DNA of 62,394 nt, filler included. It is 5 parts of 5 records of this genome, joined end to end, with 100 filler letters (N's around TTAATTAATTAA, not from the genome) between each part and the next. Parts side by side here need not be neighbours in the genome. Positions count along the whole stretch, not along the records: positions 1 to 20,060 come from SRR20825019_3040; positions 20,161 to 30,042 come from SRR20825019_3047; 3 more parts are not named here. One strand, given 5' to 3'. The translations under genes were made by a program, and so were the position numbers. Each line of letters opens with the position of its first letter. Position 1 is the first letter of the stretch. Shown one piece after another: positions 12,580 through 22,836 of this stretch. Below the pieces are notes generated by a model, which saw only the letters and a list, made by a program, of their open reading frames with translations, did no database searches and had not been told where the DNA came from.

Positions 12580-12889
12580 TAAGACGTCCAAGCTGACCTA
12601 TGTCAATGTGCCTACGATGAATATATATAGCACGGCCGACTGCTAGACCCCGCTAACCAGGCAGCTAGCGGGAGGTGGATGTTAGTTAGCGGCAAGAAAC
12701 GCCGTTCAAGGTCCCGTTACGACTCCCGCAGCGGCGTGGCATGATCTGCCCGGGCTTCTCGTCCGCCTCCACGCCCTTTCACCCGGCGGCATGACTGAGC
12801 GGGGATACCACGGGCCACATGAGACGCGACTGCCTTGCTATGCACTCGTACCGCAAACCGGGAATCGAGAACGAGAGGAGTGATTCCGT

Positions 12890-13400
12890 CAGTGCCGGCC
12901 GGCCGGGGCCGGGCCCGGCCGTGGCACGCTCGCGGGCCCGGACCCGCCCGGGCCCCTCGCAGACAGGCCACCACAGCGCACGGCAAAGCGGCCTCGAGCG
13001 TAGTAGGCGGGGGGGGGGCCAGGCCCGCCGGCGCCCGGCCGCCGGCTCATGACCCTGAATGGGGCGGGAGCCGGGAGCTCTGGTGGGTGACTACTACAGG
13101 TGTGAGGTCTCGAGGACGATCAAGGGTGCACTGTAACGTAACTGTCGCGAAGCCATTTCGAGGAGGGCTCACCACTGATATGTTCTTTGCTTGAATTTGA
13201 CAATGTCAACAGTAAGTTGGTGGAGGTAACGGTAGATCCGGCCGATCCGGGGTCATTGGCCCACCGGCGGGGCCCGGCCGGCGGCAGGCCGCGCGAGAGC
13301 CGCGGCGGGTGGCCCGAGCCGCACTGCCGGGCTGGGCTGGTGCAGTGGGTGCCGGCCCGGATTCACGCGGTTTTAGGACCCGCCCCAACCCGACCTGTGG
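12890..13400. promoter_or_regulatory. GC-rich divergent intergenic island with a lower-GC core at ~13080-13240
   Basis: Lies between starts 12579(-) and 13468(+). TATA-like ATATATAT at ~12621 and TGTATAGAA at ~13421. Confidence 0.6.
13107..13127 (+). repeat. Shared intergenic core motif GTCTCGAGGACGATCA-AGGGT, copy 2
   Basis: 16-bp identity to 6444-6459, followed by GGGT in both copies. Confidence 0.75.
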
Positions 13401-13467
13401 GCTGTGCGACACACTCACTATGTATAGAAGCCTTCTGGGCCCGAGGCTTTCTCACCTAGCGGCTGAG

Positions 13468-14754
13468 ATGACAGCAGCCGAGCAAAGCGTTGGGGTGCAG
13501 GTGGATGCTGGGACGGAGCAGGAGTGGTCTGCAGACTTGAAAAACTATGTAGAAAGAACTGATATCGCCAACATAATATCCACGATGCTGGAACACGTTC
13601 TCAAAGTTCGTCCGGTATGACCCTTTGCTTTCTGTTTACTTCCTCTTTTGACCCCCAGGCAGGATAATCCAAAGGAAGCTATGCTGGAATATATGGAGCG
13701 CTGCTTTCCGGATGACGAGGACACACTCAGTGCAAATCCCCTTGGTGAAGTATCACCAGAACCGCGGTCACCAGAGGCGTCGTCAACTAGGAGTATGTCT
13801 CGGGCTGCTGCTGTTGCTACAGCAGTGTCCTTTGAGCCAAGTGTTGATGACGTGAGGGTTGTCATGACGAACCGAGGTACCAAGCGTGGCAACATGGTTA
13901 AGACCCCACGGTGCGATGTTGGTCGATGGGTTCACCCAGCAACGACGTCGTTTTGCTGCATCGAGGAGTCAATGGACTCAGCAGTCCTCTCAACTCCAGG
14001 CGGAGACGCCGGTGAGTTCATATTGGCTCTGAATGTATACACCAAGCTTGGGGGCCCTTTAGTAGATAAGAGAAGTGCTTTCAGCCTAGTTAAGGAGTAT
14101 TTGTATAACCGAATGCCGGAGGGCCGGTGCTTGAGCATGCATACTGATATCGAGTCACTTGGTCGAGTCGCTAAGGCGGCGCGCGTGCCCTTGTACGATA
14201 CTGCAGTCACGCGGCCCGAGGGAGAAACCGAGCGTGTCCATCTAAGGGAGGTCATCACACTACCTGAAAACCAGGGTTGCCAACATCTACGCTTTATGAT
14301 GGAAAACCCCGGGGAGTATGACACACCTCGTGAGATTGTAGAGTGGTTCGTCCGCTGCTTTTACGAGGTGTTGTGGAGCCAGGACGAGAAAAACAAGAAG
14401 GCCGTGCTGACGGTCACCGACAAGCGCTCTGACGACGTTGAGTGTGTTGCGAGCTATTCTGTGCACCCACCGCAGTACCCTCTCGCTCCTGCGATTTATG
14501 CATATCCCCCAAAGCAGGCCGGTGAAGCGAGACAGCTGATATATCATCCCCAGGCGATTCGGTCTCTTCGGGAGTCCCTGGCATCCTTTGTGGCCGAAAA
14601 GCTCGGCCATGCATCCATGGACTTGGTCAAGCTTCGGATGAACCAGTTAGCATCCCGGCAGTTCTTGGCGACACTGGAGAGACTTGCTCCGGGTGCACCG
14701 GTGTTCAATGTGACGTATGAGTTGGGTGAGTCCACCGCGCTGCCTCCAAAGTGA
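13468..14754 (+). CDS. RIIa/Dpy-30 dimerisation-docking domain fused to a zeta/beta-carbonic-anhydrase-like domain, 2 exons
   Basis: Intron 13615-13662 yields LKNYVERTDIANIISTMLEHVLKVRP-DNPKEAMLEY, a D/D motif. The C-terminal domain has CIEES...TPGGDAGEFILAL...MHTD...GCQHL. Confidence 0.7.
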
Positions 14755-14904
14755 GGGTCATTATGATTGATGATTGATCGAGTGATATGATCGTTCCCTG
14801 TGTCGCTGTGGGAAAAATCACAAGAGCCGTCGACTGCCACAAACGCAGCCCGATACTCTATCTATCCCACAAATGTCACGAAGTAAATGATTGTGCCTGC
14901 TTCT

Positions 14905-17607
14905 TTACAAAATTACGGATCCATCATCATCGGACTCTGCAGCATTCGCGGCGTCCGCAGTTTCCTCAACAGCATCGCACTTATCGTCATCATGGTCATC
15001 ATGGATACGTTCCTCAGTGGCATCACCGTCAATGAAGATGGGGGCTTCAGCAGTTGACGTCACTGCTGAAGCACCCGTGTCGTGGAGGATATGCTCACAT
15101 CCACTATCCCCCAGAATTCCGGTCGCGCCTGTTTCATTGAAAACACCCGAGTCCAACGCAGCGGTTGTGCCAATCCTGTCATCAGTTTCCAGCATCGTTG
15201 CATTCTCATCCTTCTTGACAATGCTCTCAGGCTTAGCGGGCTCCACAGGGTCCTTGGGATCCTCTGCTTCATGATCAACGTCATCTCCAGGATTTGCGTT
15301 TTCCTTCGCAGGGGATAGGGTGTCCTTGTCGCGCTTCTTTGAGATTCTTGCCTTCTTTTCCTCAGACTTGGGCTTCTTGGCCCCAGTCTCTTGCACTTTC
15401 TGAGGTGATGGCCTTTTCTTTCCGACACGGGAATCTGCTCCGCTGCATTCTTTTCCGCGAGGCGTTTTCTTTTTTGGGGCCTGCTTGGGCTGGCCTGGAG
15501 AATCCTTGAAAACTAGATAGTTACTCGTGTTCAGCTTGGTGTAGTCCACAATGCTATCAAAGAGCCACTGAAATCACATGCATGTTAAGGATGGCATTCT
15601 GAAATCCAAATCGAAAGATTACCTTAGCGGAGACATATTTGCTACAATCAGATGGGGGGCGGCGCGGTGAATCGCCGCATATAGCGACATCACACGCAGC
15701 CAACGAGCCTACGATAGCGCCGCCACAAGCACGGATAAGCTCCTTGAGCTCCTCTACATCCACCTTTCCGTAGTTGCCCACAACATGAAACTGCATCTTG
15801 GCAAAAAGGCCATCCTCTTTTGCATCTATCGTCACAAGTCAGAATTTGTCGGGAGGAAATCAAGGCGGGCTGACCATGTGACGCGCGGGACTTCTCTGAA
15901 GCAGGAAATGTTTTGTTGACATACGGTGCCTCAGACACGAAACTTCCCTCTTCAATGGACTTAAAAATCCACTCCTCGGTAAGAATCCAAGCTCCTTGTG
16001 CAATGGCATTGAGAACCTTAACTTTGCGGGTAGATCCAGAGAGTACTAGGTGTGTCAAAGGGCCAACATTGTCCTCATTGTACCTTGGGAAAAAGGGTTA
16101 GGTCATTACATCAACACGCGATACAAACGCATACGTGAAATGTCCCCAGCTCTTGACAACAGATAAAAGGGTCTCCCGTACAGTCTCATCGCATCCGCTG
16201 CACGCTATATGTTTTGTCGTCTTTGTGTTATCGTCGTCGTCGTCAGAATCAGTATCTGCATCGTCATCATCCTCAAGCTCATGATTGGCATCACTCTCCT
16301 CCTCGTCGGAAATGGCCTTGGCCGACTTCACTTTTGGTGGTTGGATCTCTCCGGCAGCCACCATGCGTGCGGTCTCTGCTTCAGCTTGCTCGATATATGG
16401 TTTGCGACCATCATCGTCGAGAGCAGCCCATCTCGCATTGAGGACCTTCAAGAGGCCTTCATTAAGCTTTTCATTTGCGTCTTTGATGCGCTTGCTCTCC
16501 TCTTTCATGAAGATGCTGCGGGCCTGCGGGGCACGCGCCTTCTTCGGTTTCTTCTCTGATGTTGTCTTCACTTTCTTATCGCCCGAGGCTTTGCCAGTTT
16601 TCCCGCTTTTGGGTCCCTTTGGTATTTGAATGCCACCGGATGCATGCAAGGGCTTCAGTTTGGACCGCTTAAGTTTGCTTGTCTCGGTCTTGTCAACGCC
16701 ATCATTCTCGCCCTTGGAATTCGGGCTGAGTCCAGCAGGCGGAGAAGCACCAATCTTCTTCCTTCCAAGTTTGGCCCGGGTAGGCTGCGGTGAGACCGCA
16801 GTAACCTTTGTAGGCTCTGCACTCGGCGCGGCTTTTCCTTTAGTTGGCGTCTTTCTGGCTGCAGAATTGTTAGCATAACCCCGGCACCATAATGGACCAC
16901 ATACTCTTCTTAGCAGGTCTTTCTTCTGCTGTAGAGGGGGGGGCCTGTGATGAATTGAACATGGGGTCATCTTTGTCATGAATCTCAACCGGGGTGGACA
17001 CTTTGCGGAAAGGTGACTGTGCCTTGCGCTTGTTGGGGGAGGAGCCCTTCGCCACAAAGTCTTCTTTCTTTGGCACAACTGAAAACTTGCCAGAATCAGT
17101 CGGTGGCGGGGTTTCCAGCAATTCCCAGCTTGTGTAGGCAAAGTCAGGCACATGGGGCAACCACAACACTCCGGCACACTAACCAGTCAATGAACTTCAC
17201 CGGAAGGATTGATGGTGAAGTTTTCAGAGAGCTGATCTTATCAAATGTCGCTTCCCTACAGTTGTGAAGAATGGCATGGGTAATTGACTGTTTGATAGTA
17301 TCGGATACTGCTCCTCCTAGCTGCCGAATCTTTTCCTTGAGGTCAGCGCTGAGGTTGGAGCCGCTTTCATCATATGCCTCCACAAATACTATATTGCGCG
17401 AGTCCTTCACACACTCATTAGAGGTTGCGTCCACTTTGAACGAGCCAACACTTGTGGACATACCTTCCCCCCCGGCGCCTTATTTTCCTTTTCTTCTGAC
17501 TGGTTAGGAACGTTCTGCTTTTTAAGTTTCGAGCCCTTGGCGAACCTCTTCTTAGGGCTCGGGTTTACTGAGCCCTCAAGAGCGATAGAACTCGCAAAAT
17601 CGTCCAT
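14905..17607 (-). CDS. MCPH1: Microcephalin-like protein: N-terminal BRCT, HMG box, tandem C-terminal BRCTs
   Basis: BRCT1 IVFVEAYDESGSNLSADLKEKIRQLGGAVSDTIKQSITHAI; BRCT2 THLVLSGSTRKVKVLNAIAQGAWILTEEWIFKSIEEGSFVSEAPY; BRCT3 LKELIRACGG...WLFDSI. All three follow MCPH1 patterns. HMG box ARSIFMKEE...RWAALDDDGRKPYIEQAE. Multiple short GT-AG introns. Confidence 0.7.
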
Positions 17608-17829
17608 TGAAGTGGTTTGTTTCTGGCGAGTCCTTGCTACTCACCTTATTATACTGGGGTTTTATAGGCGTATTAGTAGCAAGCACGATGTTGACGGCTA
17701 ACCAAGCGACGACTTTCCCAGTCGTGGGTTGGGTCAGTCCAAGCTGCGGGAGTGGGCCAACTCACTCCGCTGAACGGCCGACTGATGGCGATGACTGTCA
17801 CTCGACTGCTAGAGTTTTACAGTTTCCTG

Positions 17830-18500
17830 ATTTGCCCGCCTTACGGCGGGCGCCAGGGGCTTCCGCCGGAGCCCCCACGGGCGGGCGAAATTCAATTTCA
17901 TTGATTTTGACGAAGGGCCGGCGGGCCGCGAGGCCGGCGGACGGGAAGTGAGGATCCGAGGAGTGGGGCCCCCGTCGGTGACACGGACAGCCCGCCCGCA
18001 CTCCCGATCGGCCTCGATACCATCGACGGAGGAACACTCGGAAGTTGACCTGGCGAACTCACGCCCTCGGAGACTGATCGAAGGCCGGGCCGGACGGTGA
18101 CGGCTCAGTGCGCGCTGCCGGGGCGGCCGCCGTACTAGTGTCTCGTCCGGACCGGCGCCGCCGGCGCCGCCGGACCCCGGTCCGTCCCCCCCGGCTGGCC
18201 CGGGAGCGGGACGGCCCTCCGATTGTCACCGATCCCTCCGCGACTGCCGAGCCCACCACACTTTCATTCAAGCTATGGATCGATGGGAAACTTTCGACTG
18301 CCTCCATCATCTGCCCCAGAATCTTTGGGGCCGGCGCGCCAGTGAGAGTGTCCGCGCCAGGACCCGTCAGCCTGCGCGGCCGGCACCACCCCGAGCCGCC
18401 CCCCCCCGGCGCGTCCGCGCGCATTCCGACACCATGGGGTCCGCGACAGGGCTGCCCGGGGGCCGGCGCCCCGGCACTGGAACCGGCCGCGGCCCGATTT
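17830..18500. promoter_or_regulatory. GC-rich divergent intergenic island
   Basis: Lies between starts 17607(-) and 18578(+). TATAAAA on the minus strand at ~17661-17667 and CATATACT at ~18519. Confidence 0.6.
18003..18020 (-). repeat. Shared intergenic core motif, degenerate copy 3 (GTATCGAGGCCGATCGGG)
   Basis: Reverse complement matches GTCTCGAGGACGATCAGG at 15/18 positions. Confidence 0.55.
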
Positions 18501-18577
18501 ATGGGCTCCGGACACTACCATATACTGATAAAACGTCTCGGCACGTCAATAAAGGAAATTATTGTGTATGATACTTG

Positions 18578-19883
18578 ATGGCAAGTATAGAAGAAGAAAG
18601 GGCTTCCGGTAAAAAGAACGAACCAGTGAGGAAGTCACAGTTAGATGTCCTTCGCGACAAGCTGCGAAGGTTATTTGAATGCGGACTGTGCTGACAAGCT
18701 GAGATCTAATTTGAAACTGTTCAGAATTCACAAGAAAGAGGTTGACGAAACGGTCGAGTTCTTCCAGAAAACCAAAGATATCTTATTCAAGAAGTCCCGT
18801 CGGTCTGCCATAGTTGATGCATGCGGGGGGCACGGTCTTCTAGGTGAGGTAGTTGTCCCCACACTGTTTCGATCTAATAGTGGCATCGAAACAATAGGGA
18901 TGTTGTATGGGTGCTTTGGATGTGCCGACAATGTAATAGTCTTGGATACCACTAGGCCGGCATCGTTCGAACGTGGGTGTAATCAAACGTTTGCCAGCTT
19001 TCGTTCTTAAGTTTCAGCTCTGGGCAGATATTGCAGACTCATGGGCAGAGCACTTGGCTGCTGCGAAGTGCAAGGTGACGTTCTTCAAGGCTGACGTGAA
19101 GGAGCACCTGTCAAACCTTCTCGAGTGTGTTAGTGCTGAGTCAGGGCCCGGATCTGCTGTAGTGGTTGCGTGCCATGCTTGTGCGTTCTTGACTGATGGG
19201 TACGAGGCCGCATATCCCACGTGCAGTCAAGCTGACATGTTTGCAGAATTGTGGATGATTGTATCCGCAATAGTGTGGATTTTGCAGGTGCTTGTTGGCT
19301 TGATCATGCTTTGAAATCACTAATATGGCCGTGTTTGTATTGTAGTAATGCCTTGCTGTCATAAGGACTCGACTGGCCGGTAGCTTATTGCATTCGCTTG
19401 CACTGCGTGAAATCTGACAGCATTTATCAGGCTCAAGCACGCTGCAAAGGATCTGGGGATTTCGCTTGGGCCACTGATGGATGTGTTTACACTCGGTCGC
19501 GTCGCCGAACATGGGTACGATGTTCGCATAAGAACAATACCAGAAAAAATCACACCCATGGTGCGTAGGGTGACCACTCAATGTTGATGTGTCTAAGTTT
19601 AGCTTTTGCCAGAATCGTGTCATCATTGGGTTGGCCCCAAACGAATCAGGATTGTTACAAGGGCAAAAACGAACACCAACATACGCACCGAAAAGCACAG
19701 CCTCCCAAAACCTTCGCCTCGCTGCAGCTTATGGGTATTGTTCGCATTTCATTTTCGGCAAGGGCGTTGCTAATTGTGCCCAGGGCTGCTCATGCTTCTC
19801 CGGAAGATCAAGAGCGTCGGCGCCTGTCGAAGCAACGCCGCAAGGACAAGAGACAGAAAGGGGACAAAAGGGAGTCAATGTAG
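18578..19883 (+). CDS. SAM-dependent methyltransferase-like protein (Methyltransf_32-type), multi-exon
   Basis: Motif I IVDACGGHGLLG, VVVACHACAFLTD, C-terminal NRVIIG. Several ~50-nt GT-AG introns. Confidence 0.7.
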
Positions 19884-19920
19884 TGATGAGCTTCCATGTT
19901 TTCAATATGGAAGAAAGAAC

Positions 19921-20008
19921 TCAAGGATATTCTTGCTCCAAGCGATAATGATCTGCTTTTTCATTTGGAGTCTCTTCTTCCATCATCCTGGGATCCAACC
20001 AATGTCAT
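19921..20008 (-). CDS. Probable last exon of the next (truncated) eukaryotic gene
   Basis: The CTGCAG acceptor is followed by MTLVGSQDDEEETPNEKADHYRLEQEYP*, convergent with the methyltransferase. Confidence 0.35.
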
Positions 20009-20034
20009 CTGCAGTACGTAGCAACCCTCATTGG

Positions 20035-20060
20035 CCCCCCCCCCCCCCCCCCCCCCCCCC
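20035..20060. other. Poly-C (26 nt) at contig end, likely a two-colour-chemistry poly-G artefact
   Basis: Homopolymer abutting the linker. Confidence 0.6.
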
Positions 20061-20160
20061 NNNNNNNNNNNNNNNNNNNNNNNNNNNNNNNNNNNNNNNN
20101 NNNNTTAATTAATTAANNNNNNNNNNNNNNNNNNNNNNNNNNNNNNNNNNNNNNNNNNNN
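20061..20160. other. Artificial contig linker
   Basis: 100 nt, N-run/TTAATTAATTAA/N-run (stops in all six frames). Confidence 0.98.
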
Positions 20161-20185
20161 CGGTGGTCGCCGTATCATTAAAAAA
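20161..20185 (+). other. Illumina P5 adapter remnant plus A-tail
   Basis: CGGTGGTCGCCGTATCATT-AAAAAA is the reverse complement of the P5 start AATGATACGGCGACCACCG. It translates as FFNDTATT. Confidence 0.95.
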
Positions 20186-20647
20186 GATCGAATTGGCCTT
20201 GTCCGCCTGCCGGGAAGTGTAGACATCGAGCACTTCCTTCAGCTGCATCAGGGCCAGTTCCGAAAGGTGCTCGATCCCGTGTGCCAGCTTGCGCGGCACC
20301 CCGGTTCCCTGCACCGATATCACCCGTTTGGCTGTATTTTTGGCCAGATCCCCGACCCGTTCCAGATCAGAAGCGATACGAATCGCACCCATGATTTCGC
20401 GCAGGTCTGCCGCCACCGGCTGACGCCGGGCAATGGTGACCACGGCCTTGTCACCGATTTCACGTTCGGCTTCATCCAGGATGAGATCATCGGAGATCAC
20501 CTTCTGCGCCAGCCCCATATCGGTATTGACCAGCGCGCGCAGCGAATCGCTGACCATTTCCTCGGCCAGTCCGCCCATTTCGGAAATGCGGCGCTGGAGA
20601 TATTTCAGCTCTTCATCGTAAGCCGTCAGAATATGTGAGGGCGCCAT
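20186..20647 (-). CDS. phoU: Phosphate signalling protein PhoU (3' truncated)
   Basis: HILTAYDEEL, IARRQPVAADLR, DLERVGDLAKN. Downstream of pstB. Confidence 0.95.
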
Positions 20648-20677
20648 AGTGTTCTATCCTTCGTCCTTCCGTCCCGA

Positions 20678-21487
20678 TCAGCCAAGACGGCCCATGATGT
20701 AATCCTGGGTGCGCTGATCGGACGGATTGGTGAAAATCGTATCCGTGTCATTTTCTTCGACCATTCGGCCCAGATGAAACATGGCCGTGCGTTCGGAAAC
20801 ACGGGCGGCCTGCTGCATCGAGTGCGTTACGATCACAATCGTGTAGTTCTCTTTCAGCTCGCTGATCAGCTCTTCCACGCGAGCCGTGGCAATCGGATCC
20901 AGCGCGGAGCATGGCTCATCCATCAGGATAACCTCCGGGTTCACGGCGATCGCGCGGGCAATGCACAGACGCTGCTGCTGGCCGTCGGACAGACTCGTAC
21001 CCGGGTCCTGCAGCCGGTCCTTCACTTCATTGAAGAGACCCGCTTTCTGCAGACTGGTTTCAACCAGTTCGTCAAATTCGGCACGATGCCGGGCAAGGCC
21101 ATGAATACGGGGCCCATAGGCGACATTCTCATAAATCGTTTTCGGAAACGGGTTTGGCGTCTGAAACACCATGCCAATGCGCGACCGCAGCTCCACAACA
21201 TCAACATCCGAACCGTAAATGTCGTCGCCATCCAGCGTCAGGCGACCGGTCACGCGGCACTTGTCCTGCGTATCGTTCATCCGGTTAAGGGCGCGCAGAA
21301 AGGTCGACTTTCCGCAACCGGAAGGACCGATCAGAGCCGTGACCGCTTTTTCACGAATCCTGATGCTGACATCAAACAGAACGCGTTTCTGGCCATAATA
21401 GACAGAGACATCCGTGCCGACTATTTTATAGATTGTCTCGTTCATTTTATCGTCCAGCACCTTTTTCGTGTCAGGGTCACTCATCAT
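20678..21487 (-). CDS. pstB: Phosphate ABC transporter ATPase
   Basis: [33 protein letters not shown]. The signature reads LSDGQ. Confidence 0.95.
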   Translation of the reverse strand: MMSDPDTKKVLDDKMNETIYKIVGTDVSVYYGQKRVLFDVSIRIREKAVTALIGPSGCGKSTFLRALNRMNDTQDKCRVTGRLTLDGDDIYGSDVDVVELRSRIGMVFQTPNPFPKTIYENVAYGPRIHGLARHRAEFDELVETSLQKAGLFNEVKDRLQDPGTSLSDGQQQRLCIARAIAVNPEVILMDEPCSALDPIATARVEELISELKENYTIVIVTHSMQQAARVSERTAMFHLGRMVEENDTDTIFTNPSDQRTQDYIMGRLG

Positions 21488-21504
21488 GTTCACGCGCTCG
21501 CCCC

Positions 21505-22836
21505 TTACCATTTCTTCTCGAAACGCCGTCTGAGAATGACTGCAATCACATTCATGGTCAGCAGGAAGACAAGCAACACCATGATTGCCGCCGATGTTCG
21601 TGCGATAAAGCCCTGCTGAACTTCACCCGCCCACATATAGATCTGCACCGGCAACGCTGTCGCCGCATCAAACGGACTTGCCGGATAGTCAGCCACAAAA
21701 GCCACCATGCCAATCAGAAGCAGCGGTGCGGTTTCGCCCAGTGCACGGGCCATACCGAGAATGGCCCCGGAAACGATACCCGGCCCGGCAAGCGGCAGCA
21801 CATGGTGAAAAAAGGCCTGCATTGGCGATGCACCGACCGAAAGCGCACCGTCGCGGATGGATGAGGGCACGGCGCTCAGCGCCGAGCGCGTAGCAATGAT
21901 GATTGTCGGCAGGGTCAAAAGTGTGAGCACCAGCCCCCCCACCAGAACCGAGGAGCGCGGCACACCGGCATAACCAATGAAAAATGCCAGCCCCAAAAGC
22001 CCGAAGACAATTGACGGGACAGCCGCCAGATTATTGATATTGACCTCAATCAGGTCCGTGAACCGGTTCCGCGGCGCGAACTCCTCCAGATAAATGGCCG
22101 AGGCAACACCAATTGGCAATGCCAGGACCAAAACAGTCAGCAGCATGTATATTGAGCCGACAAGCGCCACGCCAATGCCCGCCGTCTCGGGACGGCTTGA
22201 GGCGCCATTCACCAGAAATCCGATATTGAAAGACGTGCCGACAGCACCAGCATCTTCGAGTTCCAACAGCCACTTTTCCTGCGCATCGTTGAGACCATGC
22301 CCGGTTGTGGAGCGTTCACCTCCGACATCGGCCTTATAGGCCGCATCTACCTGCGCCGAGGCGATAAATGTGACGGGAATTGCTTTCCCGAGTACCGACG
22401 GGTCATTCTGCACCACATCGCGCAGCTTAATGCCTGCATTCAGCGAGATCATCCGCATCGCATGACGCACGGTCGTCTGATCGGAAGGGTCGATGCCAAG
22501 TGCATTCGCGACAGCATCGGCCAGGATACCATTATAATTGGCTCTCAGCAGAACATCCGGATCGTCGGCGATATCGCCTTGCGGATCAATCACCGCCTCG
22601 TTGAATGCCACCGGAAGCGTGATCGTGGTTTGCTGAAAAGCAGTATAGCCATTGTAGAAAATGGAAAAAAACAACGCGGCAAGGAAAAGCAACCCAAGGC
22701 CGATAGCGGCAAGGCCGTAGGCTTTGAAACGCCGTTCCGCTGACCGGCGCTGCTTCAGGCGCTTCTTACGCTTTGCGACCGAGGCATCGCGTTTTGTCTG
22801 TTCCGGCGACAACGGAACCTGCGCAACATCGGTCAT
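21505..22836 (-). CDS. pstA: Phosphate ABC transporter permease PstA
   Basis: [34 protein letters not shown]. Confidence 0.95.
   Translation of the reverse strand: MTDVAQVPLSPEQTKRDASVAKRKKRLKQRRSAERRFKAYGLAAIGLGLLFLAALFFSIFYNGYTAFQQTTITLPVAFNEAVIDPQGDIADDPDVLLRANYNGILADAVANALGIDPSDQTTVRHAMRMISLNAGIKLRDVVQNDPSVLGKAIPVTFIASAQVDAAYKADVGGERSTTGHGLNDAQEKWLLELEDAGAVGTSFNIGFLVNGASSRPETAGIGVALVGSIYMLLTVLVLALPIGVASAIYLEEFAPRNRFTDLIEVNINNLAAVPSIVFGLLGLAFFIGYAGVPRSSVLVGGLVLTLLTLPTIIIATRSALSAVPSSIRDGALSVGASPMQAFFHHVLPLAGPGIVSGAILGMARALGETAPLLLIGMVAFVADYPASPFDAATALPVQIYMWAGEVQQGFIARTSAAIMVLLVFLLTMNVIAVILRRRFEKKW

Noticed and set aside
12645..12880. Hairpins CCCGCTA/TAGCGGG and GGAGGTGGA/TCCGCCTCC upstream of the coiled-coil gene
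   Set aside because: Plausible by chance at this GC content; no enclosing helix or known RNA motif.
771..19883. Alternative genetic code or pseudogenes suggested by fragmented ORFs
   Set aside because: Breaks I examined are explained by canonical GT-AG introns with in-frame joins under the standard code.
20105..20116. TTAATTAATTAA repeated four times in the window
   Set aside because: Artificial six-frame-stop linker, not a biological repeat or CtrA site.
19884..20647. Eukaryote-bacterium junction as horizontal transfer or endosymbiont insertion
   Set aside because: The junction is poly-C, N-linker and Illumina adapter, i.e. concatenation of unrelated contigs.
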